Notes under the pieces: generated by a model | What the model saw: the letters and a program-made list of their open reading frames with translations, nothing else | Databases searched by the model: none | Told to the model about the DNA's origin: nothing | Made by a program: the position numbers and the translations under genes | In this document: piece after piece, positions 30,194-39,622 of the stretch | Layout: every line of letters starts with the position of its first letter | Numbering within the stretch: position 1 is the stretch's first letter | From: Thermoplasmata archaeon | GTDB lineage: Archaea; Thermoplasmatota; Thermoplasmata; UBA10834; DTMW01 | DNA length: 64,000 bases | Assembly: GCA_038852105.1 (NCBI GenBank) | Contig: JAWCKK010000003.1 | Coordinates: forward strand, 68,819-132,818 | Direction of reading: 5' to 3'

Positions 30194-31044
30194 TACTGTC
30201 CCTCCTGATCCGAATCATTTCCCTCCGGCGACTGATATTGATCCGCATCGCCGGTCTCAGAGCTCCTTTCCTGCTCTATCTCCTGAATGGTCTCCTCCAG
30301 GGCCTCAGGTATTGCATCCTTTGAAACGCAATACTTGTTCCTCAGCGCCTCCTTCTGCATCTCATATATCCTATAGCAGGCATCGGTGGCCATTGATAGG
30401 GCAGTATTGAACTCCTCCACGGAGAGATCCCCGTCCATCTGGAGCAGGACGATTTCCCCCGTCTTTGGCACGATCCCAAGCGGCAGATCCGCTTGGCCAA
30501 AATTGTCTTCTTCCTTCCTGAGATCCAGAACTATCGTGTCCGCCACCTTCCCGGCCGCGCACGAGGCTATCATGTCCTTCATGGGAACGCCGGCATCGGC
30601 AAGCGCAACAGAGGCGGCGGTCAGCCCGGCGCATCTGGTACCCGCGTTCGCCTGGAGCACCTCTATGTAGACATCTATCGAGGTCCTCGGGAAGAAATGC
30701 GTGAACACCACATGTTCGAGGGCCTCCGAGATGATTTTCGAGATTTCTTGTGATCTCCTATCCGGCCCCGGCCTCTTTCTGTCGGAGACGGAAAACGAAG
30801 CCATGTTGTAATTGCACTGGACTATGGCTCTTGCGGGATTCTGCAAGTGTCTCGGATGACACTCCCTGGGGCCATACACCGCAGCGAGAACCTTGTTCTC
30901 CCCCCATTCCACGTATGCAGACCCGTCGGCTCTTTTCAACACGCCTGCCTCAATCTTTAGCGGCCGGAGCTCGTCAGGTCTCCGGCCGTCAATTCGAAGC
31001 CCTCTCTCATCGATTAGCTTAAGATCAGTAGTCATACCGCCCAT
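30193..31044 (-). CDS. rrp41: Exosome complex exonuclease Rrp41 with an acidic C-terminal tail
   Basis: RNase PH catalytic subunit motifs. The last ~45 residues are rich in D, E and Q (…[19 protein letters not shown]). Confidence 0.9.
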   Translation of the reverse strand: MGGMTTDLKLIDERGLRIDGRRPDELRPLKIEAGVLKRADGSAYVEWGENKVLAAVYGPRECHPRHLQNPARAIVQCNYNMASFSVSDRKRPGPDRRSQEISKIISEALEHVVFTHFFPRTSIDVYIEVLQANAGTRCAGLTAASVALADAGVPMKDMIASCAAGKVADTIVLDLRKEEDNFGQADLPLGIVPKTGEIVLLQMDGDLSVEEFNTALSMATDACYRIYEMQKEALRNKYCVSKDAIPEALEETIQEIEQERSSETGDADQYQSPEGNDSDQEGQ

Positions 31045-31045
31045 A

Positions 31046-31762
31046 TCATCCAGTCCTCCTATTTTTCTTCGAATTTTCCAGAAACGCCTTTAGCCTCTCA
31101 GTCAATCCCAAGCATTGCGCCTCTCGATCTATCGTCCTTATAGCCTTCGCAGCGATCGCTATATCGTCGACGTCACCGTCAAGCCATATCCTCCCATTCT
31201 GCCCCACGATTATCCTGCAGTTGGTGTACTCCTTTATCATCTGTATCATCGAGCCGTTCCTGCCGATGACCCTGGGGACCTTCGAATGCGGTATCTCGAT
31301 TATCTGCCCTCCTTGGAGCTTCCTCAGTCCCCGCTCCTTCATGGTGACCTGGATATGCTTCACCTCATCGACCATGAGCACCTTAGCAAGTATCACGTCG
31401 CCGACCTTGAGATATCTCGCGGTATCTCCGAAATCCACCCGCCATGGGACCTCGGTAATGTGCAACGGCGCAGGATAGGGCGAGTTTATCTCGGTGAGCC
31501 AATTGCTCGGTCCGATATCGATTATCATCCCGATCACTTGGTCTCCGACCTTCGGGATGTACTGACCTGCAAGCGGCACGACGTTCACGAAATTCGACCG
31601 GATGCTCTTTATCCCGAGCTGCGCGGCGAAAATCTTGCCGTTCTCCATGTATGTGCCGCTTCCAGCCTTGAGCTTGCCTTCGGCCAGAAATTCCCCGGGT
31701 AGAACAAGTTCTCTTTCGATTTCTATATTCTGAGAACTCTCAGATTTAATTTCCTCGTTCAT
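31046..31762 (-). CDS. rrp4: Exosome RNA-binding subunit Rrp4 (S1 + KH)
   Basis: S1 domain (GDVILAKV) and KH domain ([14 protein letters not shown]). Confidence 0.85.
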   Translation of the reverse strand: MNEEIKSESSQNIEIERELVLPGEFLAEGKLKAGSGTYMENGKIFAAQLGIKSIRSNFVNVVPLAGQYIPKVGDQVIGMIIDIGPSNWLTEINSPYPAPLHITEVPWRVDFGDTARYLKVGDVILAKVLMVDEVKHIQVTMKERGLRKLQGGQIIEIPHSKVPRVIGRNGSMIQMIKEYTNCRIIVGQNGRIWLDGDVDDIAIAAKAIRTIDREAQCLGLTERLKAFLENSKKNRRTG

Positions 31763-31943
31763 TCATCTCATCTTCTGCTCTTGAGCAGACATTATGCGTC
31801 TGCCGAACAGCAGAGCACGAATCTAATGGGCACCTTTGTCTGGAGGCCTGCACATATCAATGCCGCCAGACAACGTTATCAGCACAAAGCTTCGGTGCCG
31901 CTCTTGTTTCGTCCTCGGCTTCGAGTGCAGTTATCAGGAAGGG

Positions 31944-32639
31944 TTATTTTATAATTTTGGTCTGCACGTTTCCTCTGGTCTTGGCGTTCAGTCTGTCCAG
32001 ATACTCCCCTTGCATGCCTGCTGGCATCTCCACAACGCCGATCCAACTCCCGTCCTTCTGCCATTCCTCCTTCAGAAGCTTGCCGAAGTGCATGATATCC
32101 TCATAGCACCTTCCATAATCTTCCCCCGAGAGCTTCGTCGCTATCTTGACATTTTCGAATCTCAACGGCAGAATTGGTCTCAGCGCGTCGACTACATCCT
32201 TGACCTGGACTTCCACGGGCTTGAACGGGTCGACCCTGACCCTTGCCTCCTCCATCGCGGCCTCTATCCTTGCAGGCGGATGAGGCGCCCCTGTCTGGGG
32301 ATTGATTGCATTCCTCGATATGTGTGCGATGATTCCCTTGCGCTTCGACTCCTGCATTATGTGTCTCTGCTCAGTCGTCAGCTGGACCTCGCCCTTGAGG
32401 ACGATGATTTTCGCAACCTCAACAGGGTCCGTCGTTCCGAATATCTCCTTTATCTTTCCCTCGGCAGGATGCGTGCCTTTCTTCGCGTTCTTGAAAATCG
32501 TGTCGATGACAAGATAGTCGAGCAGGTTGATCTCCTTGCCCTCCTTCATCAACTGGACTGCCTTCGGGTCTATTAGAATCTCGAATGTCTCTCCGTGCGA
32601 CTCGTACCTTGCGACTATCGCATCTTCGATGCTGACCAT
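31944..32639 (-). CDS. sdo1: Ribosome maturation protein SDO1/SBDS
   Basis: 231 aa with SBDS N-terminal FYSH-like sequence ([17 protein letters not shown]); a conserved member of the exosome superoperon. Confidence 0.85.
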   Translation of the reverse strand: MVSIEDAIVARYESHGETFEILIDPKAVQLMKEGKEINLLDYLVIDTIFKNAKKGTHPAEGKIKEIFGTTDPVEVAKIIVLKGEVQLTTEQRHIMQESKRKGIIAHISRNAINPQTGAPHPPARIEAAMEEARVRVDPFKPVEVQVKDVVDALRPILPLRFENVKIATKLSGEDYGRCYEDIMHFGKLLKEEWQKDGSWIGVVEMPAGMQGEYLDRLNAKTRGNVQTKIIK

Positions 32640-32666
32640 GCCGATCCACAGCTGTCAGTCGTTCAA

Positions 32667-33383
32667 TCAGCCGAGTTTCGAGACGAATTTCTCGACTTCC
32701 GAGTCCTCGAGTCTCCGGAAACTCTCGCCTACCTTTATCAGGCCGATTTCGATGGCTTTCGTGCTCAGGGCGGCCTCCTCCGTGGCCTTCTTGAGCGCTT
32801 TGAGGCCGAGCATGATCGCCTCATCCATCGGCAGGTTCTCCTGGTATTCCTCCTCGAACAGGTCCATGACGGCGTTTCTTCCGGCTCCGATGCTTCCTGC
32901 CTTGTATGATACAAGGGCTCCGCTCGGATCCGTCTCGAAAAGATGACATCCCTGGTTATCCACGCCCGCCACGAGAAGCGCCGTGCCAAAAGGTCTTACG
33001 CCGCCATACTGCGTGTAGTTCTGCTTAAAGTCGCAGATCCTCTTCACGAGGGTCTCGATATTGATCTTCTCTGCATATGTGACCTTGTTTATCTGCGCGA
33101 CCACCCGCGCGTAATCCACAAGCACCCTCGCATCGGAAACCAGACCTGAGGTAGCGCATCCGATGTGCTCGTCTATCTGGAATATTTTCTCAATCGATTT
33201 GGATTCGATCAATCTGCTTGCTATCCTCTTATCAACTATGAGCGCGACCCCGTCCTTGAACTTCAATCCGACCGTCGTTGTGCCTCTCTTGACAGCTTCT
33301 CGAGCGTACTCCACCTGGAACAGTCTCCCATCGGGTGAGAACACCGTTATCGCGCGGTCGTAAGCCATTTGTCCTGGTTGCAT
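32667..33383 (-). CDS. psmA: Proteasome subunit alpha
   Basis: N-terminus YDRAITVFSPDGRLFQVEYA. Confidence 0.9.
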   Translation of the reverse strand: MQPGQMAYDRAITVFSPDGRLFQVEYAREAVKRGTTTVGLKFKDGVALIVDKRIASRLIESKSIEKIFQIDEHIGCATSGLVSDARVLVDYARVVAQINKVTYAEKINIETLVKRICDFKQNYTQYGGVRPFGTALLVAGVDNQGCHLFETDPSGALVSYKAGSIGAGRNAVMDLFEEEYQENLPMDEAIMLGLKALKKATEEAALSTKAIEIGLIKVGESFRRLEDSEVEKFVSKLG

Positions 33384-33500
33384 GCGTTCACCTCAGAATA
33401 ATCCGAAAGACTCTTCTCGAGGCTCCCTAAAGCTCCTATCCTGATAAATATATTGTTGTAGCTTCGAAATATTGTCGCTATCAGTCATGGGGCCGGCCTA

Positions 33501-33821
33501 TCAGGAGAGGTCCTGGCCTCTGAAGAACTTCTGCTTCAGCGTGAGGATGGTGCCCGAAGTCCCCAAAGTCCGGATTTCGAACCCGTAGTCGTCGGATGTG
33601 AAAGAATTGAGAAGTTCCCGCAAGTCTCTCGCTTCGCGGTTGGATGTCAGTATTATTCCCTTGCCATCACGGATGAATATTATCTCGAACCGCAAATTCT
33701 TCCCCGCTCGGGCAAGCCTATCGGCTATCGCATTTGCGAGAATCCTTCTTCCGACGACGTCGCCTCCTTTCTCGAATCTGAATGCGATGTAACGCTTCCT
33801 GCTAAATCTTCGTTCGACCAT
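33501..33821 (-). CDS. rnp2: RNase P protein component 2 (Pop5/Rpp14)
   Basis: RKRYIAFRFE N-terminus and IRTLGTSGTI C-terminal motif; position upstream of psmA. Confidence 0.65.
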   Translation of the reverse strand: MVERRFSRKRYIAFRFEKGGDVVGRRILANAIADRLARAGKNLRFEIIFIRDGKGIILTSNREARDLRELLNSFTSDDYGFEIRTLGTSGTILTLKQKFFRGQDLS

Positions 33822-33828
33822 GGGAAGG

Positions 33829-34989
33829 CTACCTTATGGCATCGATCAGACCTGGTCCACTCAAGTCTTCCTGGCGGAACAGCTGATTGTTTTCGATTCC
33901 CGTCAAGACCACCATCACCCTTATCAGACCCTTCATGGTCGGATCGACGTTGCATCCCCAAATCAGGCGTGCTCTCGGACTGATAGACGCAGAGACCAGC
34001 TCGGCCGCCTTCTCGGCTTCCTGGACCGTCATGTCCTCCCCGCCAGTGACCCTGATGAGCGCTCCTTTGGCTGTCGAAAGGTCGACGTCTCCCAGTAACG
34101 GGCTGTCGAGAGCTCTTTGAACGGCTTTCTCTATCCTCTCGGAGCCCTCGTCTTTGGAGGTTCCTTCTCCCATGCCGATCAATGCCATTCCTGCATCCTT
34201 CATCACGGTGAGAACATCGTTGAAATCGATGTTTACAAGACCGGGCTTTGTGATTGTCTCCGTGAGCCCCTTTATCGATTCCATGAGCACCTCGTCCGCC
34301 ACCCTGAAGGCCGCGTTCAGGGGCAGCTTCGGGACGAGTTCCAGCAGTCGGTCATTAAAGATGACGGCAACAGTGTCGCAATTCTGCCTGAGCTTCTCGA
34401 GCCCTCTCCTGGCGTTCTCCATCCGGACCCTTCCCTCGGCCTTGAACGGCATCGTTACGACTCCAAGCGTGAGCGCATTGTTCTTCCGTGCGAGCTTTGC
34501 GACGAACGGAGCAGCTCCCGTTCCGGTCCCGCCACCGAGACCAGCGGTGACGAAAACTATCTTTGAGTGCTCTATTAGGTGCGCGAGCTCGTCCTGGTTT
34601 TCCTGCGCTGCCTTCTCGCCCATCTCCGGTATTGAGCCCGCACCGAGCCCCCTGGTAGTCATCCTTCCAAGAAGTATCTTGTGAGAGGCATGAACCCCGA
34701 TCAGATGCCTTGCGTCTGTGTTTGCCGCTATGAGATCAGCTCCGAAGACGCCCGCCTTGCTCAGGCGATTGATCGTGTTCGAGCCTCCTCCTCCGCACCC
34801 GATAATTGAGATCCTGACATGGATTGCTTCCACAATCCGCCTGAGTTCCTCATCCTCGGATAACGGCCGGGTTTCCTGCTGCTGGCCCGCGGCCTGCTGT
34901 GCGCTCCCCTGGTTGCTCAAAGCCTCGTCGATCAGAGATTTCATTCTATCCCATCCAGACAAATCGAATATCGTATTCCATATCGCCAT
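33829..34989 (-). CDS. ftsZ: Cell division GTPase FtsZ (paralog A)
   Basis: Tubulin signature GGGTGTG (LGGGTGTGAAP) and IGCGGGGSN. Start chosen at the internal ATG (MAIWNTIFD) next to an AT-rich promoter. Confidence 0.9.
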   Translation of the reverse strand: MAIWNTIFDLSGWDRMKSLIDEALSNQGSAQQAAGQQQETRPLSEDEELRRIVEAIHVRISIIGCGGGGSNTINRLSKAGVFGADLIAANTDARHLIGVHASHKILLGRMTTRGLGAGSIPEMGEKAAQENQDELAHLIEHSKIVFVTAGLGGGTGTGAAPFVAKLARKNNALTLGVVTMPFKAEGRVRMENARRGLEKLRQNCDTVAVIFNDRLLELVPKLPLNAAFRVADEVLMESIKGLTETITKPGLVNIDFNDVLTVMKDAGMALIGMGEGTSKDEGSERIEKAVQRALDSPLLGDVDLSTAKGALIRVTGGEDMTVQEAEKAAELVSASISPRARLIWGCNVDPTMKGLIRVMVVLTGIENNQLFRQEDLSGPGLIDAIR

Positions 34990-35082
34990 CTTTGATATTT
35001 TAATATGACTGGGTTTCCCGCTAGCAAGAGCATCCTGTCGTTTCCGCCGAGCCGACGGATTTATTCGAGATGAAATCGGGGT

Positions 35083-35099
35083 ATCGGGCGAAGCCCGAT
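35083..35099. promoter_or_regulatory. Perfect 7-bp hairpin (atcgggc-gaa-gcccgat) in the divergent ftsZ intergenic region
   Basis: Seen directly in the sequence. A related half-site ccgggcgaaaaaa follows. Confidence 0.25.
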
Positions 35100-35146
35100 C
35101 CGGGCGAAAAAAGCGACATTCTGGCAAGAGATTTATCATCAGTAAC

Positions 35147-35159
35147 GTTTATATTTATG
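35147..35159 (+). promoter_or_regulatory. Putative TATA box for ftsZ paralog B
   Basis: gtttatatttatg lies about 40 nt upstream of the ATG at 35198. Confidence 0.3.
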
Positions 35160-35197
35160 TTACACGATTAGTAACTTCAGACGAAGGGGTGCACTCT

Positions 35198-36403
35198 ATG
35201 CCGAAGTCGTTAGTCAAGGATGCATTAGGCAATGATGTTGAGAATTTGAGTACCGAGCAGGGAAGCGGCGGTGTCGCGCAAGCTCCCATAAATGAAGGAT
35301 CGCCCGACGATGCCGAGCTGGCGAAAATCGCGGCTCAACTGGATGTTTCGATTAAGATTGTCGGATGCGGCGGTGGCGGGTCGAACACTATAAACCGAAT
35401 TGTAGAAACAGGTATCTCGGGAGCACAGCTGTGCGCCATAAACACGGATGCCAAGCATCTGCTGTCGGTTCACGCTCCACGGAAGATACTCATCGGACGC
35501 ACCGTGACGAAAGGCCTCGGTGCCGGTGCCCTGCCAGAAATGGGAGAGGCCGCTGCCAGGGAGAACGAGAACGACATCAAGGATTTCATAAAAGGAGCTA
35601 ACATAGTATTTGTCACAGCAGGCATGGGAGGTGGCACCGGGACAGGCTCCGCTCACTATGTCGCCAGGATGGCTAAGGAAAGCCAGGCGCTCGTGCTCGG
35701 GGTTGTCACCCTTCCGTTCAAGGCCGAGGGCGAAATACGGATGGAGAACGCTCTCGAAGGGCTAGAAAGGCTGAGAAGAGTCTGCGATACGACAATCGTT
35801 ATTCCGAACGACAAGCTGCTAGAGCTTGTGCCGAAGCTGCCCATCGATGCGGCTTTCAAGGTTGCCGACGAGGTTCTGATGCAGACGATCAAGGGCCTGA
35901 CCGAGATAATCACCAAGCCCGGGCTGGTCAACCTCGACTACAGCGATATTAGGACTGTCATGAACGAGGGCGGAGTCGCATTCGTCGGCATCGGAGAGGC
36001 CGACGACGAGGACCCGAAGGAGAGAGTCGAGACTGCGGTCAACGAAGCCCTCAATTCTCCGTTGCTGGGAGAGATAGATCTGGCAGAGGCAAAGGGCGCG
36101 CTCATCAGAGTGGTTGGCGGGCCTGATATGACTGTCAGCCAGGCTGAAAGGGCGGCCGAGGTCGTCGGCAGCAGGATATCGAGAAGGGCCAGGCTGATTT
36201 GGGGATGCTCGATCGAGAAGGAGCTCGAAGGACAGATACGCGTTCTGCTCATCGTCACCGGAGCGAGGTCGGGCCTGATGATGACCAGATCGAGTCAGCC
36301 AGTGGCATCGGTTGCGGCACCTGCGCCGAGGAAGGGCGCGACCGCTGGCGCAGCGAGGGATAATTCCTTTATCCGCGGCCCGGATATTGATTTCATAAAC
36401 TAG
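35198..36403 (+). CDS. ftsZ: Cell division GTPase FtsZ (paralog B)
   Basis: MGGGTGTGSA signature. ATG at 35198 (MPKSLVKD), preceded by an AT-rich box and AAGGGG. Divergent from paralog A. Confidence 0.9.
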   Translation: MPKSLVKDALGNDVENLSTEQGSGGVAQAPINEGSPDDAELAKIAAQLDVSIKIVGCGGGGSNTINRIVETGISGAQLCAINTDAKHLLSVHAPRKILIGRTVTKGLGAGALPEMGEAAARENENDIKDFIKGANIVFVTAGMGGGTGTGSAHYVARMAKESQALVLGVVTLPFKAEGEIRMENALEGLERLRRVCDTTIVIPNDKLLELVPKLPIDAAFKVADEVLMQTIKGLTEIITKPGLVNLDYSDIRTVMNEGGVAFVGIGEADDEDPKERVETAVNEALNSPLLGEIDLAEAKGALIRVVGGPDMTVSQAERAAEVVGSRISRRARLIWGCSIEKELEGQIRVLLIVTGARSGLMMTRSSQPVASVAAPAPRKGATAGAARDNSFIRGPDIDFIN

Positions 36404-36464
36404 GAAAACAGAAGGAAGGAGCGATTCGTCTTCTTCCTTCCCAAATGCTTTCTTGTCTTCTGAT

Positions 36465-37469
36465 TCATTTATGCATGCTGACGAAGCTGTTCTTCTCGAA
36501 TTGGATTCCACATGTCCTGCAGAAATTGTCCTCCAGATCTACGATTGCTCCGCATTCGGGGCATTCTATCCTCTCAATCATATCTTGGAATATCGCCCCG
36601 CAATCGCATTCGAAATCCGATGGGCTGACCTCCTTTCCGCACGAGGGACAGACCAGCAATTCTATGATTCTCAGACGACCGCAATTCGGGCAGCTCCTGT
36701 CGTTCGGGGAGACAGGATGACCGCATTCTGAGCAGATAGATTCCCCAGGGTCAAGCAGCAACGCGCCGCATGAGCATATCCTCTCGCTCGAGGACACTAT
36801 TCTGCCGCACGAGGAGCACTGGAACAGCTCTTCCTTGAATTCATCTGAAAGTACCACGCCGCACTTCCTGCAAAACCTATCGCCTTCGTCGAGCTCAGAG
36901 CCGCACTCAGGACATCTTTGTCCTTCGTTGCTGCAGGTGCAGCGCTCGTTCTCATAGAGTCTATTTCCGCAAACGGCACAGAAGACAGGCTCAGGAAGGT
37001 CATTGATGGCCTCGTTCTTAAGAGTCTGATAGGTCTCTTCGTCGATTTCTCCAACAAGGAATTTGTCCTCCAATAGAAACAATCTGTCTTCTCTTGATAG
37101 TGGCATCGTCCTTATAGGCTGGAATTCCTCGATACGGTCCGCGGTCTCGTCCGAAGGGATTCTGGCATCTATGGCCGTGCCGCATCCGGGACAGATGCCC
37201 ACACGCGCCGCGCAACTATAATGGAAATTGCTACCGCATTTGCAATCGATGCTCTTCAGATCTTTCTTTATCACTCCCATACAGATGAGACATTTCTTCG
37301 CGCCGTCTATCCTTGCTATTACAGATATCTTCCGCTGATGCACTCTTTGGACGGCGGTCTTGCGCTGGCGTGACCGAGCTCGCGCTGAGAGAACAGAGCT
37401 CATGAGAGCCAAAGAGCCAATCCAAACGACGACAGCGACCGCGCCGAGAGCGATGGTTGCGGCATCCAT
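36465..37469 (-). CDS. Membrane-anchored protein with at least seven zinc-ribbon modules and a SHOCT-like motif
   Basis: N-terminal TM helix. Repeated CxxC...CxxC pairs occur throughout, for example CPGCG, CAVCG, CPECG, CRKCG, CSSCG, CSECG, CPNCG, CPSCG and CPECG. KFLVGEIDEETYQTLKNE resembles SHOCT. Convergent with ftsZ paralog B. Confidence 0.6.
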   Translation of the reverse strand: MDAATIALGAVAVVVWIGSLALMSSVLSARARSRQRKTAVQRVHQRKISVIARIDGAKKCLICMGVIKKDLKSIDCKCGSNFHYSCAARVGICPGCGTAIDARIPSDETADRIEEFQPIRTMPLSREDRLFLLEDKFLVGEIDEETYQTLKNEAINDLPEPVFCAVCGNRLYENERCTCSNEGQRCPECGSELDEGDRFCRKCGVVLSDEFKEELFQCSSCGRIVSSSERICSCGALLLDPGESICSECGHPVSPNDRSCPNCGRLRIIELLVCPSCGKEVSPSDFECDCGAIFQDMIERIECPECGAIVDLEDNFCRTCGIQFEKNSFVSMHK

Positions 37470-37577
37470 GCATCAGGCCGCAACGGCTTGACGGGTATTT
37501 TACCATTCGTGAGAGCTATTTGGCTCTTATGATTTCGAATAGTAAGAAATATATCCTCAATCGATTCCGCCAATCGT

Positions 37578-38105
37578 ATGCCTGAGGATGCGCTGCTGAT
37601 TGTGGCAAAGCTCATGGAACTTTCTGCAAGAACCGCGCCGAAGGCGGTCGGGCAGGATTATATCGAAGTCAGGGTTCTCGCGGGAAAAGACAAGGATGCT
37701 ATCGGAGCCGAGATGATCAAGATAGGCGAGGCGAGCGGTTCATCGGGCTTCACACGGGACGGAAAGAACGTGCTCGACTCGGAGGTTCTGGTCCTCATCG
37801 GATTGCTCAAGCACCCTGGTCTGGGAACGAACTGCAAGGCCTGCGGCTACGAGTCCTGTGAGGCATTCAACCGGGCGAGTGTTGAGGGCAAGTTCCACGG
37901 CCCGAACTGTGTGCACCGCGTTGCGGATCTCGGAATAGCGGTCGGTTCCGCAGTCAAGACAGCGTCGATGCATAATGTCGACAACAGGGTGATGTATCGG
38001 GCTGGGAACGCGGCGAGGGCGCTGGGAGCTATGAAATCGAATATCGTTTACGGTATTCCACTCTCGGCGACTGGCAAGAATATATTCTTCGACAGAAAGC
38101 AGTAG
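37578..38105 (+). CDS. Conserved Cys-containing protein (possibly a DUF2148 ferredoxin-like family member)
   Basis: CKACGYESCEAF...C...C motif. TATA-like gaaatatatcc lies about 30 nt upstream of the ATG. Confidence 0.35.
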   Translation: MPEDALLIVAKLMELSARTAPKAVGQDYIEVRVLAGKDKDAIGAEMIKIGEASGSSGFTRDGKNVLDSEVLVLIGLLKHPGLGTNCKACGYESCEAFNRASVEGKFHGPNCVHRVADLGIAVGSAVKTASMHNVDNRVMYRAGNAARALGAMKSNIVYGIPLSATGKNIFFDRKQ

Positions 38106-38108
38106 TAA

Positions 38109-38870
38109 TTATTTCCTCGCCTCTATCATAATATCAGAGACGCGTCCGAGGTAGATTCCATCCAGCGTATATGCCCTTTGTTCTCCCAGGACAATAGCTC
38201 TTGAGCGGAGCAATGGGCTGACGTTGTAATCATCCTCCTCGTTCACGGCCGTCCCGACCAGCAGCGGATTGTATGCCGGCATGACTATAGCCTCAGAAAC
38301 GCCGACGTCTCCATATCTTTTCTTCAACGGCCTTTTATGAACCGGTCCTCTGAGCCAGCACTTTATTGAATTCCTGGACCCGAGTCTGTCCTTGAGCCTC
38401 AAAGACGGGTGTACGTGTCCTATGACAAGAGTCTTCGATTTCACGACTTCATCCGAAGGCCAAACATGCCCGTGCGAGAATCCAATGGTCGAAATGACTA
38501 GCCCCTTCGATGGGAGGATTTCAACTTCCCTCGGCAGGCTCTCTCTCAGAGCTCCGTCATGGTTCCCCGTTACGACCGTGATTGATGTGTATCTTTCCAT
38601 CAGGGTTTTGAAAAATCTCGACAATCTTGAAAACTCGAATCTTGTCGCGTAAGGGATGGTGTGCTTGACATCTCCCAGAATAAGAAGCCGGTCGCCTTCC
38701 GGGATCCTAACTATCGATTCGGCTATTTTCGCCGTCTGATCCGGAATATTGAACCCGCTATCTCTCAGTTCGAGTTCGAATCCGAGATGAATATCCGCGA
38801 TGCATACCGTCTTCTCCTTGGAATCGAGAAGCAATGCCGGTGACCCTTGAATGGGCCGGATCTCAGCCAT
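38109..38870 (-). CDS. Metallophosphoesterase (archaeal SbcD/Mre11-related small phosphoesterase)
   Basis: Motifs ADIHLG, GDVKH, GNHD and GHVHP. Confidence 0.75.
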   Translation of the reverse strand: MAEIRPIQGSPALLLDSKEKTVCIADIHLGFELELRDSGFNIPDQTAKIAESIVRIPEGDRLLILGDVKHTIPYATRFEFSRLSRFFKTLMERYTSITVVTGNHDGALRESLPREVEILPSKGLVISTIGFSHGHVWPSDEVVKSKTLVIGHVHPSLRLKDRLGSRNSIKCWLRGPVHKRPLKKRYGDVGVSEAIVMPAYNPLLVGTAVNEEDDYNVSPLLRSRAIVLGEQRAYTLDGIYLGRVSDIMIEARK

Positions 38871-38914
38871 ATCTATGCATCGCGCTATTTGTGTATATTA
38901 TGTTACACTCATAA

Positions 38915-39592
38915 TCATATACCCAGTGAGAGCCTAGCTGCCAAGAAATTCGGCAACCCCGCATCTAATATCTTTCTTTGAATCTTCTGTATATCATATT
39001 TCACGCGACGAAATTCTACTCCGAGATTGGCAGGACTGAGCACCGCATATGATGCGTCCGGATTGCCGTCGCGCGGCTGTCCTACTCCTCCCGGGTTGAG
39101 AAACATCCTTCCTTCATAGGTTACCAGCATTGGGACGTGAGTGTGGCCGCAGATCAAGACATCTTTGTTATATTCTCGAAGCAATTCTCGTGCTCGGCTT
39201 TCTTCAGTCACATATTCTTTCGCGTTTCCTGGGGCTCCGTGATATATTCCAATCTTCCTGCCCTCTATCTCCAATTCCAGCTCAGGATTCAATCCAGAAA
39301 GGTACGAAATGTATTCGTCATTAAGGATCGATCTAGTCCATTCCGCGGCAAATGCCGCCAGGTTATTCATCCAGGCATAGTCTCTTTCTACGACGGAGTC
39401 GTCGTGGTTCCCCCTGATGACTATCGCATTGGAGCTCCTCACAATATCGATGACCTCTTTCGGCTCAGGACCGTAACCTACTAAATCGCCAGCTATCACG
39501 GTTCTGTCCGCTCCGATTCTGGATATGTCTTCCAGAACCGCTTTCAATGCGACCGCGTTTCCGTGAGGGTCCGCAAGAACCGCAATCTTCAG
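38915..39592 (-). CDS. Metallophosphoesterase, YfcE/MJ0936-like, with a non-canonical start
   Basis: Motifs GDLVGYG, GNHDD and GHTHV lie in the called ORF. The motif-1 sequence KIAVLADPHGN is encoded in frame upstream of the track's TTG start, with no ATG, GTG or TTG before the in-frame TGA. A GGAGG box precedes a CTG codon. Confidence 0.55.
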   Translation of the reverse strand: MKIAVLADPHGNAVALKAVLEDISRIGADRTVIAGDLVGYGPEPKEVIDIVRSSNAIVIRGNHDDSVVERDYAWMNNLAAFAAEWTRSILNDEYISYLSGLNPELELEIEGRKIGIYHGAPGNAKEYVTEESRARELLREYNKDVLICGHTHVPMLVTYEGRMFLNPGGVGQPRDGNPDASYAVLSPANLGVEFRRVKYDIQKIQRKILDAGLPNFLAARLSLGI

Positions 39593-39622
39593 AACGAAGC
39601 CTCCGATCGAATAACGTCGTGC

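Noticed and set aside
31836-32576. 246-aa plus-strand ORF antisense to SBDS
   Set aside because: A long antisense ORF opposite a well-conserved gene in a GC-rich stretch. It has no motif and an Arg/Leu-rich composition typical of the wrong strand.
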